A DNA stretch of 64,000 nt. Origin: the human T2T-CHM13v2.0 reference genome, Homo sapiens. The stretch is taken from the NCBI RefSeq assembly GCF_009914755.1, contig NC_060925.1, one strand, 5' to 3'. This document shows positions 29,601 through 42,006 of this stretch, piece after piece. Positions within the stretch are counted from its first letter, which is position 1. Each line of letters begins with the position of its first letter. The notes below the pieces were generated by a model. It did no database searches and was not told where the DNA came from. It worked only from the letters and a program-made list of their open reading frames with translations. The translations under genes were made by a program, and so were the position numbers.

Positions 29601-30879
29601 TTGCATTTGAACACAAAAGTGAGTCAATAAAACCATAGCCTCCTTCAATTTGTAATTCAAACACATAAAATAATTTGACTTCAATAGGCAAGGCAAATTC
29701 TCACTTACTTGGAAATTTCTCAGGTACTACAGAAAGCCAAGGAGAGGACTTTAAGGGAAGAAAACATGTTTGACTAATGATTAATAAAACTATTGTTGAT
29801 CCAAAGTATTGTTGAAAATGGAATCTTTTCAACATCTGAAATATATCTTGATACAAAATGCAATCCTGTTGAATTACTTCAAAAGAAGTACTGGCTCTGT
29901 ATTAAGAAATCTGGATTTAATGCATAAATAGATGGATTTAATATCTTTGTATTAGACAGTTTTGAAAGAAAATTGGTATAGCCAAATTCATATATTGTTT
30001 CATTTGCATATCTTGAGTCTGGTAAATGTAGCTACAGAGAAAACACATTTTTTTAAAAAAAGCAACCATGCCACTTGCTCTTTTTAAATTGCTTTGCTGC
30101 ATTTTTAAGAGTTTTAAAAATGGCTACTTGATGTGCATGAAACAGCAACTGTTGCTCATTCTGTCTTTACCTCTACTCCAGTGAAGATAAGTTTTGAAAA
30201 GGAATACATTAGAAATACATCAAAATACATAATGCAATGGAAATGAGCTTTACTATTTTTTTAATCCTCCATTCCAAGCACTTCATCTGCCCTGCAGAAG
30301 AAAATGCCTCTCACAAAACCCTCACAGCCACCTATCACTGTGACCACATTCATAGCTCCATCTAGGCAATTGGCACGGATCAGGAAATATGATAGAACTG
30401 TAAAGAACAGGCTGTCCATCATTAGAATAATAGCAGAGTTTTGGTTGAGAATAAACACAGTTGAATTATTTGTAAGGACGTGGAATAGATGAACCGCTTA
30501 GAAAGAACACTTCTTCAGATGACTTTTTCCTTCTTCCTCTTTCCTGTATGCCACAATAATTCAAGAAGGTCATTTCAGCTAATAAAAAGAGCAAAGTGAA
30601 ACACTAAAAATAAAACACTTGGATTTCAAAGATGTACTGAGACTTCTTAAAGAAGTTTGAAAGATCAAAACTCTAAATAGAATATATTACAAACCACAGA
30701 ATTTGGGATTACTCAATGACCAAAAGATCTCTGAGAATTTTGAAAGGAAGCTGATAAACAATTGTTCCACATCACTAATAAACCCAACCTTATTTTTAAA
30801 GAAAGCAAAACAGTGCTATGAGCATTTTGCAGTTCCTTTTCCCTTTGTTATTTTTTGTTCCAATATACAAATATTTAAA

Positions 30880-31725
30880 TATTTTAAAAAACATAAAAAT
30901 TATATTTGATATATTTACAATGTGTGTGTATATCTATAATAGATTTAGAAAAATAAATAATAAACATTGGTGAACCAATCAACCAACTCAAGAACTAAAA
31001 AATATTAACATGACTTTCATCTACCCATATACACTTTGCATGCCCATACTCCTACCTTTCCACCAGAGAAAACTACTGTAGTTACTTATTTACACATACA
31101 CACACACATGCACATAGACACACAAACACATATATGTAGCTTTTTTGACATATGCATGTAAGCCAAAGTCAAATATAACCTAATATTATTTCTGTTGAGA
31201 TTTATAAAAATAGTTTCATATCTTCTGTAGTCTTATAGGACTTTTCTGTTTAACATCTTAAGATGCATCCATAGTTTTTACAAATAGTTGTGTTTCATTC
31301 ACTTTAACTGCTTTTTCATATTTAATTGAGTAAATATAACACCATTAATTTATTTGTTCCTTTGTCATAGTACATCTTTGTAGCTTCCATATTTTATTAT
31401 TAATCATACCCTTATGAATATTCTTGCATGTATCATAAGCACATATATAAGTTTCTCTAGGGTTCCTACATAAAGGTAGAATTATTGGTTTGCAAGGCAC
31501 ATGAATGTTTAACTTTGCAAAATAGTATCAACAGGTTTTCCAAAAAATTTTCAAATTTGCAATCTTGGCAGCAATTTGTATGAATTTCTGATGATTCACA
31601 TTCTCCTCAGATTATAATATTTCTTAATTTTTTTCCACTCTAGGGGGTATACATAATAATTACAAAATGATTTTATTAATTAATAGTTCCTATCTCATTG
31701 TAGTCTAAATTACATTTCATTTATT
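30880..31725 (-). mobile_element. Ancient L1ME 3' region
   Basis: 'gtttctctaggg...gaattattgg...atgtttaacttt...gttttccaaa...cattgtagtctaaattacatttc'. Confidence 0.6.
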
Positions 31726-32320
31726 GCACATTTAACAAATATTTTTTGAATGCCTACTATCTCGACCTGTCAGACCTGTATTGACTCTAATGAGAGGATG
31801 CTATGTCTGAGAGACTGAAGAAAAGGCCCAAAGCCAGCGAATGAGACGTAAGGTTTATCAAGGGAACTTACATATAAGGCAGTCCAGTGGTGACAGCCTA
31901 GGCAGGAGAACCGTTTGTAAAAAGATGCAGTTTTGTACCATTTGTAAAAAGTCGAAAGTTTATACAGTTTAGGTGCGTCTGCATTCTCAGGGGATGCTTA
32001 AGTTACGGCTATGAGTATGTCTACCATGCAGAGTCATTCTCAGTATCCTTCATTTAAGTTATTGCTCTCAGGTATGTCTGCCATACATATGTTCCAGGAA
32101 CTGCTAATTATGCTGTAGATTTAACAATAATAAAAAAAATCCCTGCTCTCATGAAGATTAAGTTCAAATAGGTCAGAGACTGAAAATAAACTTAATAAAT
32201 AAGTGAATTATATAGCACATAAGAAGGTAACAAATGTCATTGAGAAAAATAAAGTGAGATAGGACTCCCATAGCAGAGAACCAGTTGAAATTTTAAATAT
32301 AATAGTCAGAGTTGACTTTC
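31726..32320 (-). mobile_element. L2 3' end split by an LTR47-like element
   Basis: 'catttaacaaatattttttgaatgcctacta' resumes after the LTR as 'tatgttccaggaactgct...aaatccctgctctcatg'. Confidence 0.65.
31765..32087 (-). mobile_element. LTR47-like ERVL solo LTR, internally deleted
   Basis: 'gccagcgaatgagacgtaaggtttat...gaacttacata...gtccagtgg...caggagaaccg' and end 'ttaagttattgctctcaggtatgtctgccataca'. Confidence 0.7.
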
Positions 32321-32452
32321 GTAGTAAGCCATTCTTGCATTGCTATAAAGAAATACCTGAGACTGAGTAATTTATAAAGAAAACCAGTTTAATTGGCCCA
32401 TGGTTCTGCAGGCTGTACAGGAAGCATAGTACTGACATCTGTTTCTGGCAAG
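32321..32452 (-). mobile_element. MST LTR fragment
   Basis: 'gccattcttgcattgctataaagaaatacctgagactgagtaatttataaag', homologous to the start of the 20713 copy. Confidence 0.85.
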
Positions 32453-33050
32453 CCACCATACCGAATTCTCATTATTTCTATAAATTTGTCTGTAGATAAT
32501 TTTGCATATTTTATGTGGTCAACCATGTCATCTATGAATCGTAACCATTTTCTTCTTTTAAATATTCTTCAAATACTTATACCTTTAATTTAATTTTTCT
32601 TACTATATTGGAAAGGATCCTCAATAAAAGTAGCAATTGTTTGCAATCCTTAATTTATTCCTGATTTTGAAGGGAACACATTTAATGTTTTGCTATTAAG
32701 AGGATATTTGTGATATACTTTGATACCTATCTTTTATCAGGCTAAGCAGATGCCTCTCTTCTTAGTTTCCTATTGTTACTGTACACAAGAGATGTTGAAT
32801 TTTATAACATTTCCACATTTCTTAGATGATCTTATGGATTTTTTCCTTTAATCTATTCATGTAATTTAAATATATTTTCAATGCAAAAAGCATATTTGTA
32901 TTCCCAAGATAAGCCCAACTTGGGCATGGTGTATTTTTGAATATTACTTTGGATTCAGTTTGTAAATCTATTGTTTATAATTTATATCTATTTTTATAAA
33001 TGAAACAAAGCTATGAGTTTCCTTGCTAAAACTCTCCTTTTCTCATTTAT
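32453..33050 (-). mobile_element. Old L1M ORF2 remnant
   Basis: 'caaccatgtcatctatgaat...cctgattttgaagggaa...ttttatcaggctaag...cccaagataagcccaacttgg'. Confidence 0.65.
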
Positions 33051-33893
33051 AAATGATTCCAGTATTGCTAGTTCTTGGCTGTCAAATCCAGTATATGGAA
33101 TTTGTCCATACTAAACTTGTGAACAGTATCTTAATTACTCCTGTGGGTTTTCCAAACACTGACATAGCATTCAGAAGCTTTGTGTTTGGGCCACTAGGGT
33201 CTTTTAAGATACCAAATACTTGATTAATCTAATGAAATCAGTACCCAGTCAATATATGTTAGGTCCACTGTGTTTTTGTAATTCATAAATGACTATTATT
33301 AATATTTTATGCTTATAGATGAGCAGCATAAGAATGATGATTCTATTGGGCTGAGATGTAGTAAGTTGAATAGTGTAGGAAGGTGACATTTTGAACATAT
33401 GAATGTTAAGTTGGCATCACTATGTAAAGTGTCTACTGTTTTGTTTGTGTGTTTTTTTCTTGGTAACAATTTTGCATACGCACCTTTCCTAGACCCCTGT
33501 CCTAGCCATCCGGGCCTCTGTTGTTATGTCTGCTTGCTTTTAGATTATCTAATGAACATTTCTAAGTTAACAGTCTTACTAATAGTAACTACTTGACTAG
33601 TTTACCCTAAGGTCAGAGATTTAAGTTGAAAGGCTCTTTGGATTGTTGTCATTTCTAGCTTTCACCAGAGCACAGGATTTGTCAAATAAATATGAATAAT
33701 TAGGCCCAGAAAACTTTAAAATAACAACTTAGAAGAAAAATTTAAACCACTAGCTTTATAATATTAAGAAGTTGTTTAAATGGATTAATTATGCTCTTCA
33801 CAATGTGGACTTAAACATTTGCTTTAGACAAGTGGCACTGGGTTTGAAAACTTCAAAAATGTATTTCTTTGACAAATTGAGGTGCTTCTTATA

Positions 33894-36066
33894 TAGCGTT
33901 GCCAGATAAAACACCTGCACCTACTCAGTTATCTCAGGACCAGCTTGAGGCTGAAGAAAAGACAAGATCCCAGAGATCATGGCAGACTTCATTTGTCTCT
34001 TCCGGAAGAGAACCTTCCCGGTAAAGATACCGGAAAGGCTGGACGCTTCGGTTATTAGAGGATTTTGGAGATGGAGGTGCTTTTCCAGAAATCCATGTGG
34101 CTCAGTATCCACTGGATATGGGACGAAAGAAAAAAATATCTAGTGCGCTGGCCATTCAGGTGGATTCTGAAGGAAAAATCAAATATGATGGAATCACTCG
34201 ACAAGGACAGTCAAAAGACAAGGTCATTTATAGCAAATACACTGTCCTGGTTCCAAAGGATGTTACGAATGCAAATGATCCAGACTTGCAAAGGCCCGAT
34301 GAAGAAGCTATAAAAGAGATAACAGAAAAGACAAGAGTAGCCTTATAAAAAGCTGTACCACAGAAGGTCACCGCAGTCACGCCAGTTCAGGCAGCTGACA
34401 AACCGGCTCCTGCTCAGTATATCCGATACACACCATCTCAGCAAGGAGTGGCTTTCAACTCTGGAGTTAAACAGAGGGTTAGTCGGATGGTAGAAGTGCA
34501 GAAAGATCCAACGGAGCCTCCAAGGTTCAAGATTAATAAGAAAATTCCCCGGGGACCACCTTCTCCTCCTGTGCCTGTCATGCATTCTCCTAGCCGAAAG
34601 ATGATTGTAAGGGAACAGCAAGAGTAAAAGTTTCCTCCTTTTATTTCTAACTGGAAAAATGCAAAGGGTTATACAATTCCATTAGACAAACGTCTGGCTG
34701 CCGAAGGAAGAGGACTACAGACAGTACACATAAAAGAAAATGTTGCCACATTGGTGATCCTCTACATTGCTGATCAGAAGGCTTGTGAAGCTGTGGAAAT
34801 GCGTGCCCGAGTAGAGAGAAAAATGGCTCAGAAAGAAAAGGGAAAATATGAAGAGAAACTTAGAGAAATGGCACAGAAAGCCAGGGAGAGAAGAGCTGGG
34901 ATCAAAACTCATGTGGAAAAAGAGGATAGGGAGGCACGTGAGAGGAATGAAATCCGGCATGACAGGCGAAAAGAGAGACAGCATGACCAGAATCTTTCCA
35001 GGGCAGCTCCTGATAAGAGGTCGAAACTGCAGAGAAATGAAAATGGGGATATCAGTGAAGTCATTGCTCTCTGTGTTCCTAATCCTTGAACTTCCAATGA
35101 AGGTCAGTACGACCAAAGGCTCGTCAACCAATCCAAGGGTATGGACAGTGGATTTGCAGGTGGAGAAGATGGAATTTATAATGTTTATGATCAAGCCTAG
35201 AGAGGTGGTAAAGATATGGCCCACAGTAGTTATAGGCCCAGTAAAAATCTGGACAAGGACATGTATAACGATGACCTAGAACCCAGAATAAAGACCAACA
35301 GATTTGTTCCCGACAAAGAGTTTTCTGGTTCAGGCTGTAAGCAGAGAGGCCGAGAAGGACCAGTTCAGTTTGAGGAAGATCCTTTTGGTTTGGACAAGTT
35401 TTTGGAAGAAGTGAAACAGCACGGTGGCTCTAAAAGACCCTCAGATAGCAGCCGCCCCATGGAATATGAGCATGAAGGCAAGAAGAGGAGGAAGGACTAG
35501 ACACAATTTTCTTCCAAGTGAATTAATTATTATTATCTATAACCCTAATGATGCAAGTCATATGGGGGAACACTTTGTAAATGGTCAGGATAAAAACCAA
35601 ATCTGGCTGCCAGATCCCAGCACTACTTTTTTACTGGAGAATGGAGGGGATAGAAAATTCTACTTTGAAGTATTTTTTTTAAAGAGTGGACTGTGTTTGT
35701 GCTTCTCCCACCTTTCAGCATTTATAGAACATGCTGTCCCACATGCAAAATCAAGACCACTTCCTTTTGTGTGACATTTATAGTTTGGGGTTAATATTTT
35801 GTGTGAGAACAGCTGCATATGAGTAAAGGAGGGTGTTCACATATTGTAACAGTCCTGCCAAATAAATTTTGTCCTTATTGTGCTCCGTTTTAATTTGGAG
35901 TGGGCAAAGTAAGCTCTTGCTTGGTGCAACTATTTGATTTAAATAAAAATATTTAGACAAAAAATGAGATATACAATATTTGGGACATATAAAAAATATT
36001 TGTTTGTCTGAAATTCAAATTTATCTAGGTGCCCTATATTTTTGTTTACCAAATCTGGCAACCTTA
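33894..36066. mobile_element. MER53-type palindromic hAT MITE split by the SNW1 retrocopy (pieces 33894-33911 and ~35972-36066)
   Basis: Terminal inverted repeats tagcgttgccagat / atctggcaacctta; right arm 'caatatttgggacat...tctgaaattcaaattt'. Confidence 0.75.
33914..35964 (+). pseudogene. SNW1 (pseudogene): Processed pseudogene (retrocopy) of SNW1 / SKIP (SNW domain-containing 1, spliceosomal Prp45 homologue)
   Basis: One intronless frame from 33914 (PAPTQLSQDQLEAEEK) through DFGDGGAFPEIHVAQYPLDMGR, KIPRGPPSPP, SNWKNAKGYTIPLDKRLAA (SNW motif 34646-34654) to GPVQFEEDPFGLDKFL...GKKRRKD* (stop 35498-35500). Premature stops at 34022, 34346, 34625, 35087 and 35198; no start codon; 3' UTR with AATAAA at 35861 and 35942 and a short A tail at 35959-35964. 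Confidence 0.97.
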
Positions 36067-38335
36067 TTTCTATGTAGATTAAAAACAAAAATAAGCTTTC
36101 ATAAAAGCAATGTGCAATTCTGAAGCAGCACTTAACTCATCTGACTTAGTATATTATGTAATTACTTCAATTGGTTAGAATCTAATTAGATTCAAGCAAA
36201 CGCAAATCAATTTGAGATATTTTGTTCATGTGCATTCTTTATGGATATTTAACTAGAATGCTAGACAATTTTGGTGTATGGAATATCTTTTACACACAAA
36301 ATGGAAATATGTAAGACAATAAAAACAAGTTAGAAAAAAAGGAGTTACTATTAGGTATTAGGTCAGGATCTTCTCATCTAACAATGATCAGGAAGTGAAA
36401 ACTTATTTCAATTGTCTGGGTCTAAATTCGTTTTGAGCAACTAACTCAAGATGATTATGATGTAGATGTATTAAAGATGGATATTAGTGGAGGAAGAGGA
36501 CAGAACTCCACAACACAGCAATTACCTGGAAAATAGACTCAGGAGTTCAGGACCAGAGAAAACCTTGATTAAAAGCAGGTGAAATAGCTGATATTTTCAA
36601 CTACTCCCCATCGTCATCAGTCCAGGCCCAGCTCCCTTAATTGCCATTTCTATCATTTAAGAATTCCTGGAATATTTCAAGGTGGGAACGATGATAAATG
36701 CTCTGTTTCTGCCAATAAATTCTCAGTTTCTGAGAAGTTTATTTTCTAAATAAAATTTTTAAAATCCCCTTTTCTATAAACAAACACAATTATGTTGTAA
36801 AGAACAATTCCTAATAATTTTAAAGCTGCCTTTGGAATTTGTGTTAAAACAAATGGAAAATTCACATAATGACTGAAATCGCTTTTTAAATAGCCATGGG
36901 CTGAATATGCAAATGATATCATACAGTTGATTATCTCAGATAATAGTATAGTTTGAGAATAGATGAGAGAAACTTCACTAAATTTCACTGATTAGGTAGG
37001 TTTTTTATTATGATTTTGTAAAAGTCATTCTCCACCTCCCAGTAAGACTCTTCCACCTTGGGGTTAACTCTCCTTTCTGAAAGTTAGAGCAAAACAAAAA
37101 GCAAAACAAAAACAATATGTAAAAATAATCAATATCAAGTTTCTCATTTTAATCTATACTCATGCTAATTTTTAAAAGAATAAGATAAAATTCACAGTGC
37201 ATTTATTATAATATTTGATCTTCTAATGTGCTTTAATTAGAAATGGAAGGCTATTACCAGGAAGTTGAATTCCAGTCTGTTTTCAACAATTTGTCATGTT
37301 AGTAGAAGATTAAACATCAATATATTGAGTAGCAGAATATTCTTAAACCCTATGGTATTAATGTTAACTCTAACTATAGAGCACTCTTGCCAATGAACAG
37401 CAAACATCTCACTTTCCAAACTCATTCACATATTTTGGAAATAATGTTGTTTGTTATGCAAGATATGTATCATTTTATTTATTTATTTACATTTTTGACA
37501 TTTTTTCCCAGATTTTATAATAATTTTTTCTTTGTCTTCAATGGTCTCATATGTGAATATACTAAAATACTTTATGGCAAATTATCTGTTAACAAGGGTT
37601 TATAAGGATCATTGTGGAAAACTTTAGTTAAATATTGCTCATTACATATTAATACAGATGTTTATTACCTAATACGCATTACTTTTGCTATAACAAACTT
37701 GTCTATAAAGAGTATTATTGAGCAGGAAGTTTCTATTTTGATTCTGGTAGTGCTATGGTCAATCACAATGCAAAAAAAGTCCAGGAATCTAGAAGTGTTT
37801 TTGTTAACACCTTTGAATAAGGGGTGGAAAAATACTTTTCAATCTGCTATTAATTTTCCAGCAGGAAAATTTAAGGATCTTCCTTTGGCCTGTGAATTGA
37901 TTACTAATTACTTATTTGACATTTAATAAATTCTAACTGCTATGTTGGATAATGTATAATATAGTTTGTATCCTCAAAGGACTTTCCTATTTATTTGGAA
38001 AACAGGACAAAGATTTGTGGCCAAGTCAGGTGGACACTTAACTGTATTAAATAGAACTGCATTATATTATGAAGTGATAAAATCCTAATTTAATTATAAT
38101 TAAAGAATAAGGTGCTTATAATGTACTAGCTGGAAGTAGAGACAATCAGGGCAAAAGGAATTAGACAAAGTCATCAAAGGAGGCTTCACAGAGATGGTAG
38201 GACTTGAGCTATGTCAAAAAGAATATTTAAATGTGAAGTAGGGAAGAAAGCACAATTACTGAATAAGTATTTCTCTAGCCAAGCAGCCTCAGAACCTTGG
38301 AATCATCTTTAAATTCTTTTTTTTCCTTTGCCCTC

Positions 38336-40644
38336 TCATATGGTTTGGCTGTGTCCCCATCCAAATCTCATCTTGATTGTAGCTCCCATAATCCCCATGT
38401 TAAGGAAGGAAACTGGTGGGAGGTAATTGAATCATGGGGATGGGTTTTTCCCATGCTGTTCTCATGATAGTGAATAAGCCTCATGAGATCTGATGGTTTT
38501 ATAAAGGGAGGTTCCCTTGCACGCTGTCTTGCCTGCTGCCAAGTATGACATGACTTTGCTCCTTTTTGGCCTTCTGCTACAATTGTGAGGCTTCCCCAGC
38601 CATGTGGAACTGTGAGTCCATTAAACCTCTTTCCTTTGTAAATTACCCAGTCTCAGATTTGTCTTTATTAGCAGTGTGAGAACAGACTAATACAGTAAAT
38701 TGGTACCAGGAGTGGGGGACTGCTGTAAAGATACCTCAAAATGTGGAAGCGACTTTGGAACTGGGTTATATAGGCAGGGGGTAGAACAGTTTGGAGGGCT
38801 CAGAAGAAGACAGGAAAATGGGGAAAGTTTGGAACTTCCTAGAGACTTGGAGGGCTCAGAAGACAGGAAGATGTGGGAAAGTTTGGAACTTCCCAGCTAG
38901 AGACTTGTTGAATGGCTTTGACCATAATGCTACTAGTGATATGGACAATAAGGTCCAGGCTGAGGTGGCCTCATATGGAGATGAGGAACTTGTTGGGAAG
39001 TGGAGTAAACATCACTCTTGCTATGCAAAGAGACTGGTGGCATTTTGTCTTTGCCCTAGAGATATGTGGAACTTTGAACTTGAGAGAGATGATTTAGGGT
39101 ATATGGGGGAAGAAATTTCTAAGTGGCAAAGCATTCGAAAGGAAGCAGATCATAAGTTTGAAAAATTTGAAGCCTAATGATGAAATTAAAAACAAAAACC
39201 CATTTTCTGGGGAGAAATTCAAGCTGGCTGCAGATATTTGGATAAGTAACAAAGAGCTGAATAATAATTACCAAGACAATGGGGAAAATGTCTCCAGGGC
39301 ATGGCAGAGAACTTTGTGGCAGTTGCTCCCATCCAGGCCCAGAGGCCTAGGATAAAAAATGGTTTTGTGGGACAGGCCCAGGGCCCTCCTGCTCTGTGCA
39401 GTCTAGGGGCTTGGTGTCCTGTGTCCCAGCCACTCCAGCCATGGCTAAAAGGGGCCAAGATACATCTTGGCCCACGGCTTTAGAGAGTGCAAGTCCCAAT
39501 CTTTGGCAGCTTCCATGTGGTATTGAGCCTGTGGGTGCACAGAGTCAAGAATTGAGGTTTGGGAACCTCCACCTAGATTTCAGAGGATGTATGGAAATGC
39601 CTGAATGTCCAGGTAGAAGTTTGCTGCAGGGGTGGAACCCACACGGAGAACCCCTGCTAGGGTAGTGTGGAAGGGAAATGTGGGGTTGGAGCACCCACAC
39701 AGAGTCCCCACTGGGGCACTGCCTAGTGGAGCTGTGAGAAGAGGGCCACCTTTCTCTAGACCCCAGAATTGTAGATCCACCAACAGCTTGCGCCGCACAC
39801 CTAGAAAAGCCTCAGACACTCAATGCCAGTCTATGAAGGCAGCTGGGAGAGAGGCTGTACCTTACAAAGCCACAGAGGTGGAGTTTCTCCAGGCCTTGGG
39901 AGCCCACTTCTTATATCAGTGTGACCTGGATGTGAGACATGGAGTCAAAGGAGATCATTTTGGAGATTTGAGATTTGACTGCCCTGCTGGATTTCAGACT
40001 TGCATAGGGCCTGTAGCTCATTAATTTGGGCCAATTTCTTCCATTTGGAAAGGCTGTATTTACCCAATGCCTATACCTCCATTATATTTAGGAAGTAACT
40101 AACTTGCTTGTGATTTTACAGGCTCATAGGTGGAAGGAACTTGCCTTGTCTCAAATGAGACTTTAGACTGTGGACTTTTGAGTTAATGCTGAAATGAGTT
40201 AAGACTTTGGGGGACTGTTGGGAAGGCATGATTGGTTTTCAAATGTGAGGACATGAGGTTTGGGCGGGGTCAGGGTGGAGTGATATTGTTTGGCTGTGGC
40301 CCTACCCAAATCTCATCTTGAATTATAGCTCCCATAATTCCCACATGCCATGGGAAGGGCCCAGTCAGAGGTAACTGAGTCATGGGGACAGGATTTTCCT
40401 GTGCTGTTTTCATGATAGTGAATGAATCTCACAAAATCTGATGGTTATATAAAGGGGAGCTCCCCTGTACATGCTCTCTTGCCTGCTGCCATGTAAGATG
40501 TGACTTTGCTCCTCATTAGTTTTCCACCATGATTGTGACGCCCCCCCAGTTGTGTGGAACAAAGAGTCAATTAAAATTCTTTCCTTTATAAATTACCCAG
40601 TCTCAGGTATGTTTTTATTAGCAGCATGAGAACAGACTAATACA
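38336..40644 (+). mobile_element. Full-length THE1 (THE1C-like) MaLR: LTR 38336-38694, internal 38695-40280, LTR 40281-40644
   Basis: Two direct LTRs ending 'gaacagactaataca', THE1-int body, perfect 5-bp TSD CCCTC (38331-38335, 40645-40649); flanks look like a split L2. Confidence 0.96.
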
Positions 40645-41269
40645 CCCTCATATCTAATCATTTGTCAAACTTGTTGGGTTCCACTTCCCCAGTGTCACAT
40701 CCATCTAATTCTTCCCATCCTCATGATCTCTAGGCTAAGCCCTGTTATCTCAATTAGAGCTCTGAAAGAGCCTTCTAACTCAACTCCTTGGCTCCATGAT
40801 GTGGTTTGTGCTCCTGGCTCTCCTTTCAACATTGCTGGTTCATGCTTTTAAAACACAATGCAGCCATGTCTCACCCTGCTGTGTTACAAATTAAGTGCAG
40901 TCTCAACTCTGGAAATTTATAGTCTCCATAGCAGGATCACAACCCCTTTCAAGGTCTACAGGCCATTGTTTTCCTGCACATATATTTCATACCTGTGATT
41001 CATTCAACTCAGTTCCTGTGCTATGTGCTGTCTGCACAACATGTTAAGACAGTTCTTAACTTTAAGAAGAAACCTAGTATATGATGTAATTGCTTGACAC
41101 AGTTATAGTCCAGTGGGGTTAGTGGAATGACATGGATACAAACATGGCAGCACAGGAAGGTAAACTTCACCTAGCTGGGAGTAGAGGAGTTGGTTTACAA
41201 GGAAAACTTCTAGAAGGAAGTCTTTTTGTTATTAGCTAAAAAGAATAGGCAATTTTTTTTTCAATGCTC

Positions 41270-41520
41270 ATCATCATGTGTCAAGTATTTTAGATGAATT
41301 GAATCATTTAATTATCACAACAATTTTGTGAGGAAGTTACTATTGTTATCCACCATTTATAGATAAGAAAAAAGCGAAATCCCAAAAAACAAACAAAAAA
41401 AGCAAGACACAAAGATGCTAGGCAACTTTCTCACAGCCCTGGAAGTAGAGGTTGATGCTACAGGATTTGAAGCTCAGCAGGCTGGTCCCAGAGTCTGCAG
41501 GTTTAATCAGTTTGTTATGC
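41270..41520 (-). mobile_element. MIR
   Basis: 'tcatttaaattatcacaacaattttgtgagg...ccatttatagataagaaa...caggatttgaagc'. Confidence 0.6.
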
Positions 41521-41750
41521 CTTTTTCTTACCTGATTAGCATTATTCTACTTCTGACCTGTTCATATTGTTCCTCCTTGTGATGCTTCCCCCCACCATCC
41601 AGACTTGTCTTCTTATTGAATTCCTACTCATCTTTTATGGTTAATTGCAAAGGTCACCTTTACTTGTGATCACACAAATGTACCTTTTCTACTATTCTAC
41701 TCCATAGCTCTTTAAAACTCTTCAGCTATTTATCAAATTCTAACATATAT

Positions 41751-42006
41751 TGTGTTAGTCCGTTCCTCTGTTTCAGGAGCAAGAGAGAGATAAAGGAGGC
41801 CCCAGATTCTTTAAAACAACCATATTTCTCCTGGAGTAGCTGAGTGAGAACTCACTACCATCAAGGAGATAGTGTTAAGCCACTCATGATGGACCCATGA
41901 TCCAATCAACCCATGATCCAAGCACCTCCCACCAGGCCCCACCTCCAACATTGGAAATCACATTTGCAGCTGAGATTTGGAGGGGACAAACATTCAAACC
42001 ACATCT
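41751..42006 (-). mobile_element. MST solo LTR with large internal deletion
   Basis: Both termini ('tgtgttagtccgttc', 'caaacattcaaaccacatc') but only ~255 bp versus ~415-430 bp for the other MST copies in the window. Confidence 0.85.

Noticed and set aside
34715-35224. 169-aa antisense ORF
   Set aside because: Shadow frame opposite the SNW1-derived coding sequence; no independent support.
34097-35500. SNW1-like ORFs as exons of a functional gene
   Set aside because: They are contiguous, intronless, separated by in-frame stops, and lack the initiator codon.
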